Shown here: in pieces, positions 37,290 through 46,433 of the stretch | Layout of the letters: every line of letters starts with the position of its first letter | Position numbering within the stretch: position 1 is the stretch's first letter | DNA from: Bdellovibrionota bacterium | Lineage (GTDB): Bacteria; Bdellovibrionota_C; UBA2361; OMII01 | DNA: 63,378 bases | Reading direction: 5' to 3' | NCBI GenBank assembly: GCA_044337105.1 | Contig: JBIIOE010000006.1 | Coordinates: 1 to 63,378 of the forward strand | The notes under the pieces: model-generated | The model's input: only the letters and a program-made list of their open reading frames with translations | Told to the model about the DNA's origin: nothing | Databases searched by the model: none | Program-made: the position numbers and the translations under genes

Positions 37290-38783
37290 CTAAACCACCT
37301 CATTCAGGTGATTGAGCGATTCCTCGAGCGTTCCGACGAAATCGTCACTACTCAGCCGCCAAAGATCGAACGTAGGCCGTTGTTGGCTCATGGTTATAGA
37401 TCTATTTCCGAAATCGAACGAAACCTCGAGCTTCCCCTGATGATGAGATAGCCTCACCTCAGGCTCTCCGCCCCGAAGCTGTTCCGCTACTGCTCTTGCT
37501 CTCCCTTCCACCCTCAGATCAGAGATTATCTCCGCATCCAGCACCCTTTCTATTTCCAACGGTGTGGAGATCCACCTCTCAGAATTCGGCATAGCTTCGA
37601 GTTCGAGATACACCTCGTGCTTCGAATTTTCGATCGGCTCGACGTGCCGACTAGCGAGATCTCGCACTAAAATCTCCAACTGTCCTTCGACTGTGATACC
37701 GGTTCGTCGCCAACCGTGCCGCTCGTGCGATTTGATCGAGGCATTTGCGTTGGGCCCGACTCGAACCGTGGCAACCAGCGTATCACACCCTTCGACAAGC
37801 GCAGTGTGCTCCATGACTTCATCGAGAAGATCACACGCATTGGTTCCTGCCCGCGCGAAGCGAAACCTATGCTCCCGTTTCACCGCAACGCTTCGCGCAA
37901 AGCCAACACCACCGTCGCTTTCCGCAGCCGAAAACTCCCCTTCCTTCAGCATTTCAGGAAGACCCTTTATCGGCAGGAGATCTTCAGTTGGCTTAGGCAA
38001 AAACATGAAGTAGCCCACGATGTCCTGCTGACTCTGGAGCAAGAAGACTCGTGAGCCTACAGATCGAAGTAATCGTTCCGCCTCTTCATCTGTCATTGTT
38101 CGTCCAAAACCCTCTTGAGGTTTACCGAGGGTTGGATCGATCAACAGGCTCGAATCGATCTCCTTGAGAGTGTCGATCAACATGAGGGGTAGCCCGGAGA
38201 AATCAGTGTTGAACTCGATAAGACTGAGTTCAAGTTCCCGACAACGGCTGGGAAGCTGGCTGAACATCAACTTGTCGCAGAGTTCTTGGTGAATCTTCCA
38301 GACGTCACTGATGAAATGCTCGATCGTGATCTCCCGTTGTATCAGCGCGTGCTTCGCGGCCCGAACTCCCTCTAGCTTTCCATTGATCTCTAAAGACAGA
38401 TCTTCGCTCATCGCACGCCACCTGTTGTTGGTCAGATCCTGGCCGAGCTGTCGCACATGCGCTTCCAAACGATCGAGCGGTAACTTTGTGTCGAGTAAAT
38501 AGAAACCTCCTTCTGCAGAAACAAATGCAGGTAAGAGTCGGTTTACAGGCAGGTACTCATCACCGCTACAATGCTTTATCTTTCGCAGCTCCTCCGCGAG
38601 CAATACGATCTCGGCCCCGAGAAGCCGTACCTGAGAGCACACGCCGGAGAGTGCCGCCATCGAATTCTCCGAGGATAGAGGCGGATAGCGGAGCTGACAG
38701 ACCTCGCCTCCCGTGGACAGGGGCATGGCTGACTCGCTATGGCAACTGTCGCGAGAGCGATCGTCACTGTGCGTTTTCGTCAT
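37290..38783 (-). CDS. Hypothetical protein with central GNAT acetyltransferase-like domain
   Basis: IVGYF...SVAVKREHR...LLDEV...N..SIKSHERHGW GNAT motifs A/B. Confidence 0.65.
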   Translation of the reverse strand: MTKTHSDDRSRDSCHSESAMPLSTGGEVCQLRYPPLSSENSMAALSGVCSQVRLLGAEIVLLAEELRKIKHCSGDEYLPVNRLLPAFVSAEGGFYLLDTKLPLDRLEAHVRQLGQDLTNNRWRAMSEDLSLEINGKLEGVRAAKHALIQREITIEHFISDVWKIHQELCDKLMFSQLPSRCRELELSLIEFNTDFSGLPLMLIDTLKEIDSSLLIDPTLGKPQEGFGRTMTDEEAERLLRSVGSRVFLLQSQQDIVGYFMFLPKPTEDLLPIKGLPEMLKEGEFSAAESDGGVGFARSVAVKREHRFRFARAGTNACDLLDEVMEHTALVEGCDTLVATVRVGPNANASIKSHERHGWRRTGITVEGQLEILVRDLASRHVEPIENSKHEVYLELEAMPNSERWISTPLEIERVLDAEIISDLRVEGRARAVAEQLRGGEPEVRLSHHQGKLEVSFDFGNRSITMSQQRPTFDLWRLSSDDFVGTLEESLNHLNEVV

Positions 38784-38802
38784 ACATCATCCTCTAAGCG
38801 TC

Positions 38803-38961
38803 GCGAGAAAGTGGAGGTTGGGTTGATATTCGATTTTCGCGATGTGGAAAAACCGCAGGTGTATCCTCTGCGATACACTGAGGATTTTTCCATGTCGCGA
38901 AAGTCGGAGAGCAACCCAAGATCCGCTTTCGCAGCAGGGAGGGGTTTTGCCGAGCTTCCCT
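38803..38961 (-). mobile_element. Near full-length inverted copy of the CTAG MITE
   Basis: Reverse complement of about 9170-9328, including the central hairpin GGAAAAATCCTCAGTG.ATCGCAGAGGATACACCTGCGGTTTTTCC. Confidence 0.85.
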
Positions 38962-39089
38962 GACGTATTATGACGCTATGGACGCCTGCAGCTCACTAAC
39001 GACGCGAGGTCTCGAAATAAAGGTAATTGAAGGGACGTAGTTTCAAGCCTTTAAGTTCGTAGTGGCCTCGAATTGGAGGCCATTAAATG

Positions 39090-39560
39090 AGCAGACCTTC
39101 GAGTGACGCTACGGGGCAGACGATTGCAGTTTCCCGCGATTATTCATCGTTTCACTGATGCAACGATATTGATGGAGACGCGCTGGCTCAGGTCGCAGGA
39201 CTCAATAGAACTGGTCTCAGGAGCCTGACCTCAAGGTCCTGCCTAAACCGTGCAAAGGTTGGATAGTGAGTGACGCCTCTTTACCCGGTTTCAACGCGGG
39301 GAAAGTTTTGAAGCCAGACAAAGAGCCGCTCTGATTTCCGGGCTCTCCGGTACCGGGTGCCCGGTATAGGGGTTACCCACGAAACGAGTACAAGAGCGGC
39401 CTGAGCACCCAGGTTCAAATCACCAGTGCGGCGATGGTGAGGCGAAATGAACCGCTAGTTTCTGCAACTAAGCCCACCAGCCTCAAGTCTATTCGGGAAC
39501 TGGATACACTTCCAGCAACTCAACATTAGGCATGTTGAACCTCACTCATTGACGGGAGGG
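39090..39560 (-). ncRNA. Candidate large structured non-coding RNA (family not recognised, boundaries approximate)
   Basis: No ORF of 60 aa or more. Many nested helices, several of which extend through G-U pairs on the minus strand only. Confidence 0.4.
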
Positions 39561-39713
39561 AGTTACGAGCGACGATACCTCTTTATAGAAAACGGCCCCC
39601 CCACGAGAACTTCAGAGCCTATCGAGTATCGGAAAAACGAACACTGGTCGCTGCAAAATCTCCATCAGATGTAATTGCTAGCGAGCAAGATCGATTACAA
39701 GAGAAAGAGACAT

Positions 39714-39758
39714 AAAAAAGCAGCCCGGTTTAAACCTCCTCTCAAAACCGAGCTGCTT
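39714..39758 (-). terminator. Rho-independent terminator of the 39794-40654 gene
   Basis: Minus strand AAGCAGCTCGGTTT...AAACCGGGCTGCTTTTTT. Confidence 0.8.
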
Positions 39759-39793
39759 GTATTGGATGTTCTTTGAAAGATCACCCAACAGGA

Positions 39794-40654
39794 TCAAGTC
39801 AATTCTTCAGCGACCTCAAGTTCGCTGTCGTCTTGCCTCGTAGCATTGAGCCGGAAAATGGCGTCAATGTACGGTGCAAAGAACCACAGACAGAAAACGT
39901 TTTTGATTTCAAAAACGACTTTTCTGTCCCGATCGACGACTTGAATTGAACCTCCGCCGAGGAGGACGAGCATTTCGAGTATGTCTTTGTACTCAAAGCT
40001 TGCGCTCCGGCCGGAGATTGATTCCAAAATCTCGCTCCGTCCCACGTTCTTTTTATCGATCACCTTACCGGCGATCCTCCTCCTGCAGACCATGAATGCG
40101 TACGGGAGGCCAAGGACGAAGAGCCCGACCGAGAGAAGCGTGCCTAAAATCTCCCACTGCCCTTGGTTGGCTCTTGGCTCGAAGGCCTTGAACCAGTCAA
40201 ACACGGGGCCGATAATCGGCAGGCCGAGCTTCAAATGACTCAACATGGCCAGGCTGAGTATCAAACTCAGCACGATAGCGGTGTAGAGTCCTTTGTAAAA
40301 GTCGATGTCGAAGGCGTACATCAATACGCCTAACAATATTACTAGGGTAAACATCCAACCACTCTGGATCTCCGTGATCCAGCCCCATGTCAGGAGGCGC
40401 CCCATAAGGAACCCCACCGGCACAAAGGGCCACAGCTTTATCAGGTCGTGGTGAGAGGTCAGGAAGACCTCCGAGCCATCCCTGCTTATCCGGTTGCGCA
40501 CCGGATAAAAGGGCAGCTGTAGAACCCACGCAACTGCCCACAACAGGCCCGAGAGCCTTTTGGGGACCTGCGCAACCAAGGCTTGTTTTGCCCTTTTTGG
40601 CTCCTTGGTTTTTGGCACCTCCACATGTTCACCACCTTCTTTGTTCGTCTCCAT
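39794..40654 (-). CDS. Hypothetical multi-pass membrane protein with C-terminal bPH-like beta domain
   Basis: Four to five hydrophobic helices, GAGG RBS, own terminator. Confidence 0.75.
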   Translation of the reverse strand: METNKEGGEHVEVPKTKEPKRAKQALVAQVPKRLSGLLWAVAWVLQLPFYPVRNRISRDGSEVFLTSHHDLIKLWPFVPVGFLMGRLLTWGWITEIQSGWMFTLVILLGVLMYAFDIDFYKGLYTAIVLSLILSLAMLSHLKLGLPIIGPVFDWFKAFEPRANQGQWEILGTLLSVGLFVLGLPYAFMVCRRRIAGKVIDKKNVGRSEILESISGRSASFEYKDILEMLVLLGGGSIQVVDRDRKVVFEIKNVFCLWFFAPYIDAIFRLNATRQDDSELEVAEELT

Positions 40655-41282
40655 CTGCTTGATTCCTCTTTCTAAGAGCAGCTAAATTCCAACCAACAGC
40701 GACAACACGTCGCTGCTTGAGTACCTTCGGGCACTCTCTGCAGTTTCCGTGATCGGTGTAAAACCTTGCTACACAGGCTGCTTCTCGTGAGCCTGGATAT
40801 GAGATCGCAAGTTCAAGAGAAGCAGTGTGCTCTTCCTCTACTCAGATGTAATTGTCGAAACACAACGCAGATAGGCTACCGACCAACCGACTAGGCAATT
40901 CGATACTGTGCGCGTTGTCTAGTGTAGCTGCTCTACTCTCGCTAACGAAGTGTCGCGTAGAAGAATGTGGGAGACTAAGATCGACTAGACCCGACAGCTG
41001 CCGATACATTGCTACATAGTAGCCCAGGATAGCTTGGAAATGACGTAGCCTGCATCTGCACCAAGGACGGTATGGCTATAGTGATGTGCAAAAATCCGCC
41101 CCAGTAAAACTGCCAAGGCTTTTGCTTCCATCACTATAGGTTGTTGTTGTGATTCGCACCCGCGAATCGATAGCTTGCTCGAGAGGATTGAGGGTTTATG
41201 ACCTCTCATCAAACGGTCTGCTTATGTAGCTGCCTGAAGCTGTAAGTTTGGGATGGGAAATGGGCCCTCACCGACGAAAATA

Positions 41283-41416
41283 AGGTAAACACCCTCCCTG
41301 GTGCGAAAGCGGATCTTGGATTGCTCTCCGATTTTAGCGATGTGAAAAGAATCGAATATCGACCCAACCCCCCTTTCTCGCTAGTGGCGGGCTTCCCCTC
41401 GCTTCCCTAGGGAAGC
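41283..41416 (+). mobile_element. Internally deleted copy of the CTAG MITE, followed by the start of another end motif
   Basis: Both arms present (CCCTCCCTGGTGCGAAAGCGGATCTTGG...; ...CCCAACCCCCCTTTCTCGCTA...CCTCGCTTCCCTAG-GGAAGC). Central hairpin missing. Confidence 0.8.
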
Positions 41417-41454
41417 AATCACTCGCTCTCACGAAGAGCATTTTCCGCAGCCTG

Positions 41455-42858
41455 TTAACGTAGCCCAGCTAACGCTGACGACAACGATGATTGCTGCTGC
41501 TGCAAGCGCCCCATTAGAGACTCGAGCCGAGCGAAACGAGCTTTCATATCCTCCGCCTGCTTCGCTATCGCCCTCTCGGCATCAGCTATTCGAGTGTTGA
41601 GGTCGGTGATAAGAGTCTTGTTTCCGTTGAGGGTGACGTCTATCAATCCGTTGAATCGGGTATAGATGTCGATCGTCCCGCCTGTTAGCGAGGTAGTGTC
41701 GGCGAATTGCGTCAGGATAGAGCTCACACTAGACGGTTCTGCGGACACCGCAGCTTGAAATTTCGTGCTGTCGAATTTCAAACTTCCGTCACGTTCGGTC
41801 GTAATTCCGATGTCTGGGAAGATTCGAATGGTCGAGCCTCCGGTCGCCACCGCACCCGATAGCGCAGTTCGAAGGGCATTAAGGGCGTTGTCGTCAGTGC
41901 GGGTGCTGGCCAGGGGCCCGAAGACGTTCTTTACCTCTGTTCCCGACTCGTCTCGCGCAATCTGGTTGTTCTCTCCTAGGAACTTGACGATCTCATTGTA
42001 GGAATCAACGAATTCCTGGACTTTTGAGCCCGTTGTGGTGGGATCCTCTGCAACCTTCACCGTGGCACTTCCAGTAGATACCAGACTCAGAGTCACTCCG
42101 GGCAGAACATCCGCCACACTGTTGGTAGGGCGAGTCAGAGTTCCAAGACCGGAAATGGTCAGGCTTGCATTCACAGCCGCACTCTCTGAGTACGCCGTTA
42201 AATTCGTGAGAGACGCTCCTAGAGCCGTTCGAGAGATGGTCCCCTTCTCCGTTCCCTCGTAGTTTGAGGAGATCAAGATTTTGTACGAGGGGCTGGCCGA
42301 TGTTCCAACGTTGACAAGCGAAGCTTCGGATTTCGAACTTTTGAGGTTAAAAGCGTTTACGAAATCACCGACCGAGTAGGCCCCGTCGGTTATCACGATA
42401 TTCACGGTCTCTGTGTTCGTGCCGGTACCAACAGTGAAGGTGACGGTGCGGTCAGCTTCGGTTTCGAGCCCAGTCAAGCTGCCCTGCAGTGCTTGCTCAG
42501 CAGAGCTGAAGGTCTGGTCGAACGTATAGATGTGGTTCTTAGCTAGGGTGTTGACGGTTACGTCGTAGCTGCCGTTTGCGGCACCGTTGGTTGCAGTGGC
42601 GGTTACTACCGACTCCTTACTGCTGGTACCCGTCTTGGACACGCCTCCACCATTCAGAGTGGAGAAGCCTCTCAAGAGCGATTTAAGGCTCTCGAGCTTC
42701 TTGTTCAGGTCCTCCATCGCGGAGTTGGTTTCCTGTAACTCGGAAACCTTCTTCTGAGACGGTTTTACCTTCGTCTGCCGAGCGGCATCGCTCGTGGCCT
42801 CAATCAGACCCGCGGTATCGATTCCAGATGCTATTCCGGAGAAATTGATGACAGACAT
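41455..42858 (-). CDS. fliD: Flagellar filament capping protein
   Basis: FSGIASGIDT N-terminus, TNSV.DV.PGVTL.L, FVDSYN, C-terminal ...ARFARLESLMGRLQQQ. Confidence 0.92.
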   Translation of the reverse strand: MSVINFSGIASGIDTAGLIEATSDAARQTKVKPSQKKVSELQETNSAMEDLNKKLESLKSLLRGFSTLNGGGVSKTGTSSKESVVTATATNGAANGSYDVTVNTLAKNHIYTFDQTFSSAEQALQGSLTGLETEADRTVTFTVGTGTNTETVNIVITDGAYSVGDFVNAFNLKSSKSEASLVNVGTSASPSYKILISSNYEGTEKGTISRTALGASLTNLTAYSESAAVNASLTISGLGTLTRPTNSVADVLPGVTLSLVSTGSATVKVAEDPTTTGSKVQEFVDSYNEIVKFLGENNQIARDESGTEVKNVFGPLASTRTDDNALNALRTALSGAVATGGSTIRIFPDIGITTERDGSLKFDSTKFQAAVSAEPSSVSSILTQFADTTSLTGGTIDIYTRFNGLIDVTLNGNKTLITDLNTRIADAERAIAKQAEDMKARFARLESLMGRLQQQQSSLSSALAGLR

Positions 42859-42896
42859 GGGCGTTCCTACTCAGGTAACCAAACGGCAGTTTCTGC

Positions 42897-44228
42897 CTAG
42901 CGCTTACGAGTACGGCTCACCTTTCGCGGAGATTTTTTCCTCTTTGAAGGCTGCACGATGCCGTACAGCCAAGCTTGCAAGATCGGGTCCAACACCGGAC
43001 AGATCGACTTCAAGGACTCTCCGACACCTGAGCTCCGAGATCCTCTCACACGCTTTACGATAAAACCCAGCGCGTCAGGATTGAGGCTCCAGACCCCTTT
43101 GCAGACGATGTTCGAGACAGAGACCTCTCGAGCTCCCAATGCTCTGACGACTACATGAGCCGCCAGCAGCGCATGTGCGCCTCGAATGCTCTCACTCATG
43201 AACAGCTCAACGATCGCAGACAAGTCGACTCCAGGGCCCTGAAGCATGATAGCTAGCGCTTTGGTTGGTTGTTCGGCAGTCGAAGACTCGAGCCAACGAC
43301 CGACAGCCGCATGAACACTTGCGTCGAGAGCGTTCGAATCGAGTAGCATCAGGAATTCGTCGCCACTGAGATACTCTGGCAGCTCCGATAGCGCGCGCTC
43401 CAGTGGCCTCGAGGATCCGCGCGCATTGCCGCACGCTTCCAGAAAACTCTCTAGAACAACCAATTCATGCGGGCTCGTGGAGGTCGCAGTGGCGCGCCAC
43501 GCTACCGCCTTTGAGGCAGATGCATATGAATCCACCGAGAGCGTTGGCCAAGAGTGCCGGGAAATCGGTTCTTCGGTAGGCTGAGGAGCCGTTGATGCAG
43601 GCGCTAGCGAGTCCTCCTTTCTTTGCAGTGCACGGTCAAGCGCTTTCGTCATGAAGCTGATTCGGGAGGAGGTCATGGTCCGCTTTCGAAAGAGAGTGGA
43701 CATATCGAGCTCAATGAGCTGCTCGAGCGTAAACGACTCTTCGAATGGCGCTCGTGGCCACTGCGGATCCCAAAAACTTCCCAACGACCGAAAGCGTAGA
43801 TCTTCGAAATCAGGATGGCCTTTGAGCCCCTGCAACCGCTCACGAAAGTCTATTTCCACCTGAACACTGCTGAGGATCTCTTCAGAGTGCTCGGGCAACG
43901 CCGGATCGTCTGCAGTCTCTCGGACCTGTGGTGAAACGGGGGGAGGAGGACAAAACAACTCACCGGAATCTCCCTTACTGAGCGCCTCTAACAGCGTTAC
44001 AAGCAGGGACTCCTGCTCCTTGTTCAACCACTTGAGCTTGGCGATCTTCCGCGTGCCCAATTCAACCAGCTTTTCGAAGGTGAACTCTCCCAAGATCCCC
44101 AGCGAGACCGGTGCCGAGCCGATAAACCTACCCACCTGTAGTGTTTTCAGAAAGTTGAAGCGTGGAGAGGCTGAAAAATGTTGCAACGCCTCGCTCAACT
44201 CCACTAGTGTGGTCTGCCCCTGACTCAT
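42897..44228 (-). CDS. Hypothetical protein with two RNAP alpha-CTD/HhH-like repeats
   Basis: FTFEKLVELGTRKIAKLKWL... and FTLEQLIELDMSTLFRKRTM... units, basic tail. Confidence 0.6.
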   Translation of the reverse strand: MSQGQTTLVELSEALQHFSASPRFNFLKTLQVGRFIGSAPVSLGILGEFTFEKLVELGTRKIAKLKWLNKEQESLLVTLLEALSKGDSGELFCPPPPVSPQVRETADDPALPEHSEEILSSVQVEIDFRERLQGLKGHPDFEDLRFRSLGSFWDPQWPRAPFEESFTLEQLIELDMSTLFRKRTMTSSRISFMTKALDRALQRKEDSLAPASTAPQPTEEPISRHSWPTLSVDSYASASKAVAWRATATSTSPHELVVLESFLEACGNARGSSRPLERALSELPEYLSGDEFLMLLDSNALDASVHAAVGRWLESSTAEQPTKALAIMLQGPGVDLSAIVELFMSESIRGAHALLAAHVVVRALGAREVSVSNIVCKGVWSLNPDALGFIVKRVRGSRSSGVGESLKSICPVLDPILQAWLYGIVQPSKRKKSPRKVSRTRKR

Positions 44229-44328
44229 GAGATAACACTCCCTACGTAGCCTCGCTTCGTTAGGATGCGAGGGGAGGTGTGGTGTGTTTCACCTTCGCAC
44301 CGTTCTCTTCTTGGACAGGAGATACTCT

Positions 44329-45708
44329 ATGAGCGTCAAGATACAGTTTCTGGGGGCTGCTGGAACCGTGACAGGTTCCAAATATCTCGTTTCTAGCCCG
44401 CAGTGCCGCATACTAGTAGACTGTGGCATGTTTCAGGGGGAGCGTTCCTGGCGCGAGAAGAACTGGGCCGCGCCCCCGTTCGACCTTTCAAGTGTTGATG
44501 CTGTGCTTTTGACCCACGCACATCTCGACCACGTAGGCATGCTGCCGCGCTACTTCAAGCTCGGCCTCCGCGCGCCGGTGTACTGCTCCAAGGCAACGGC
44601 AGATCTTACTCGGCTCATTCTACTCGACAGCGCGAGACTACAAGAAGAGGAGGCTTTGTTTCGTGCCGAGAAGGGCAGGTCGCGACACCAGCCGCCGCTT
44701 CCTCTGTACACGGAAGCGGATGCACAGGGCGCCCTCGAGCTGCTGCGACCGATCGACATCAACACTCCGGTAGTCCCACATCAAGGAGTTGAAGCAACGT
44801 GGCGTCTGATGGGGCACATCCTCGGAGCATGCTCTATCTCACTCACGATAGAGGACCGACGAATCGTTTTCTCCGGAGATGTCGGTCGCTACCACGTTCC
44901 TATCTTGGTCGATCCTCAGCCTGTCGAACTCGGTGACCTCTTATTGATAGAGTCGACGTATGGCGACCGGCTTCACGCCTCAGAGTCCCCAGATGTCGCT
45001 TTAGGGCAGATCATCAATCGAACTATAGCTCGTAAAGGGATGGTCATCATCCCGAGTTTTGCGCTGGGTCGCACGCAGACACTTCTTTACTACCTACGCG
45101 AACTGAAGAGCCGGCACGAGATTCCAGACATACCCGTCATTATCGACAGTCCGATGGCTAGCGATGCGACAGCCATATATCAACGCCACACGAACGAATA
45201 CGACGAAGCATCTCTTGGACTCATGCGAAACGGGGCGCAACCCTTTGGGGTTTCTAAAATGTTCTTCACCCGAGATAGGAACGACTCTAAAAAGCTCAAT
45301 TCGATATTCGAACCCATGATACTCATCTCTGCGAGCGGAATGCTTACCGGGGGACGTATACTTCATCATTTGAAGAACAGGATCTCGAACGAGCGAAACA
45401 CCCTCCTTTTCGTTGGCTTTCAGCCGCCAGGGTCTCGCGGTGACTGGATAAAACGCGGGGGTGGTACCGTCAAACTGCTGGGTGAGGAGGTTGCTATACG
45501 AGCGGAGATCGCTGAGATGAGTGGGCTTAGCGCCCACGGAGACAGGGACGAGTTACTCAGATGGTGCCGCTCGTGCACTGGAAAACCCAACAAGGTTGCC
45601 GTGGTTCACGGCGAGCCCGGTTCGGCACAAAAATTTCGCACATCCCTCGAGGAACAACTGGGATGGACTGTCGGAATTCCCGCGTATCTCGATACGTGGG
45701 AGATTTAA
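44329..45708 (+). CDS. MBL-fold beta-CASP ribonuclease (CPSF73/Ysh1-like)
   Basis: LGAAGTVTGS, THAHLDH, GHILG, FSGD, ESTYG, SGMLTGGR, LSAHGD, VHGE. Start reassigned to ATG 44329 (AGGAG RBS). Confidence 0.93.
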   Translation: MSVKIQFLGAAGTVTGSKYLVSSPQCRILVDCGMFQGERSWREKNWAAPPFDLSSVDAVLLTHAHLDHVGMLPRYFKLGLRAPVYCSKATADLTRLILLDSARLQEEEALFRAEKGRSRHQPPLPLYTEADAQGALELLRPIDINTPVVPHQGVEATWRLMGHILGACSISLTIEDRRIVFSGDVGRYHVPILVDPQPVELGDLLLIESTYGDRLHASESPDVALGQIINRTIARKGMVIIPSFALGRTQTLLYYLRELKSRHEIPDIPVIIDSPMASDATAIYQRHTNEYDEASLGLMRNGAQPFGVSKMFFTRDRNDSKKLNSIFEPMILISASGMLTGGRILHHLKNRISNERNTLLFVGFQPPGSRGDWIKRGGGTVKLLGEEVAIRAEIAEMSGLSAHGDRDELLRWCRSCTGKPNKVAVVHGEPGSAQKFRTSLEEQLGWTVGIPAYLDTWEI

Positions 45709-45806
45709 CAAGCGTTGGAAAACCTCTTTCTGCTGGGGAATCCAAACAGAGAGGGGCGCGAGGGGACACCAACTACAATCCCCTCGCTTCCTTGGAACCG
45801 AGAGCT

Positions 45807-46433
45807 TTAGCGGGTGCTCTCGGTACCCATCTGACGCTGCTGATGAGTTTCACCCACCTGCCCAACCCCACTACGCATAGAGGTTGCAGCAGTTTCGATA
45901 CCTATGGACTCTGATACCTGCCGAGCTCGATCGAGGTGCTGCTCAAGGGTAGGAAGGGTATTTTTAGCATACTCTTTTACCTCTTCGTCCTTTGCTGACT
46001 TGGCCTGCTGACGATAGTTCTCGACATCCCTCTGATGCTCCTTCACCGTCTGCCTCATGTACTCCTTGTCGAACTCCTCTCCCGACAGTTTCTGAAGTCT
46101 GTCGATAATGCTGCGATCAGATCGAGACACATCAGATGGCAGCGAGACGTTCTTGTTCGACGCAATCTGCTGAAGCTTGTCGACCGCCTGGGTGTGCTCG
46201 TCTTTAATCTCTCGGGCTAGATCTTTTACCGACTCACTACGTGCCTTTTGTTCGGCCAGATCGCTCAATTGTTTTTCAGCCATGGAACTGCGCGCCGCAT
46301 CCATGACAAAGCTCTTATCTTGCCCGCTGAGATTACCACGGGTCTGTGGATCTGCCGCAAAAGCAGATGAAGTCGTTGCTACACAAGCTAAGGCAAGGAA
46401 AGTTGTTACGTAACTCATTTTTTGACAGTTCAT
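45807..46433 (-). CDS. DUF4142 domain exported protein
   Basis: Signal peptide, D..F...AA...E...A, FDKEYM..V.EH, TLPTLEQHL. Confidence 0.88.
   Translation of the reverse strand: MNCQKMSYVTTFLALACVATTSSAFAADPQTRGNLSGQDKSFVMDAARSSMAEKQLSDLAEQKARSESVKDLAREIKDEHTQAVDKLQQIASNKNVSLPSDVSRSDRSIIDRLQKLSGEEFDKEYMRQTVKEHQRDVENYRQQAKSAKDEEVKEYAKNTLPTLEQHLDRARQVSESIGIETAATSMRSGVGQVGETHQQRQMGTESTR

Noticed and set aside
39095-39150. Possible cobalamin riboswitch (GGGAA...CTGCCCCG on the minus strand)
   Set aside because: Lacks the CGGTG..A.TCCG stem and the B12 box, and there is no B12-related downstream gene.
39325-39400. Possible hammerhead ribozyme (CTGA...GAAAC between stems)
   Set aside because: Core reads CTGATTT rather than CUGANGA.
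39400-39605. tmRNA or 6S RNA (GGGGGCC and TTGAACC motifs on the minus strand)
   Set aside because: No TTCGAC after the 5' stem, no tag ORF, no T-arm/CCA end, and the fold is branched rather than a 6S rod.
27386-41416. tRNA-Leu as integration site for the 30-41 kb accessory region
   Set aside because: No duplicated tRNA 3' end found, no integrase, and the region lies on the 5' side of the tRNA.
45716-45795. Another possible MITE remnant (GCGAGGGGA...TCCCCTCGCTTCCTTGG)
   Set aside because: Only a short end-like match, equally explained as a hairpin between convergent genes.
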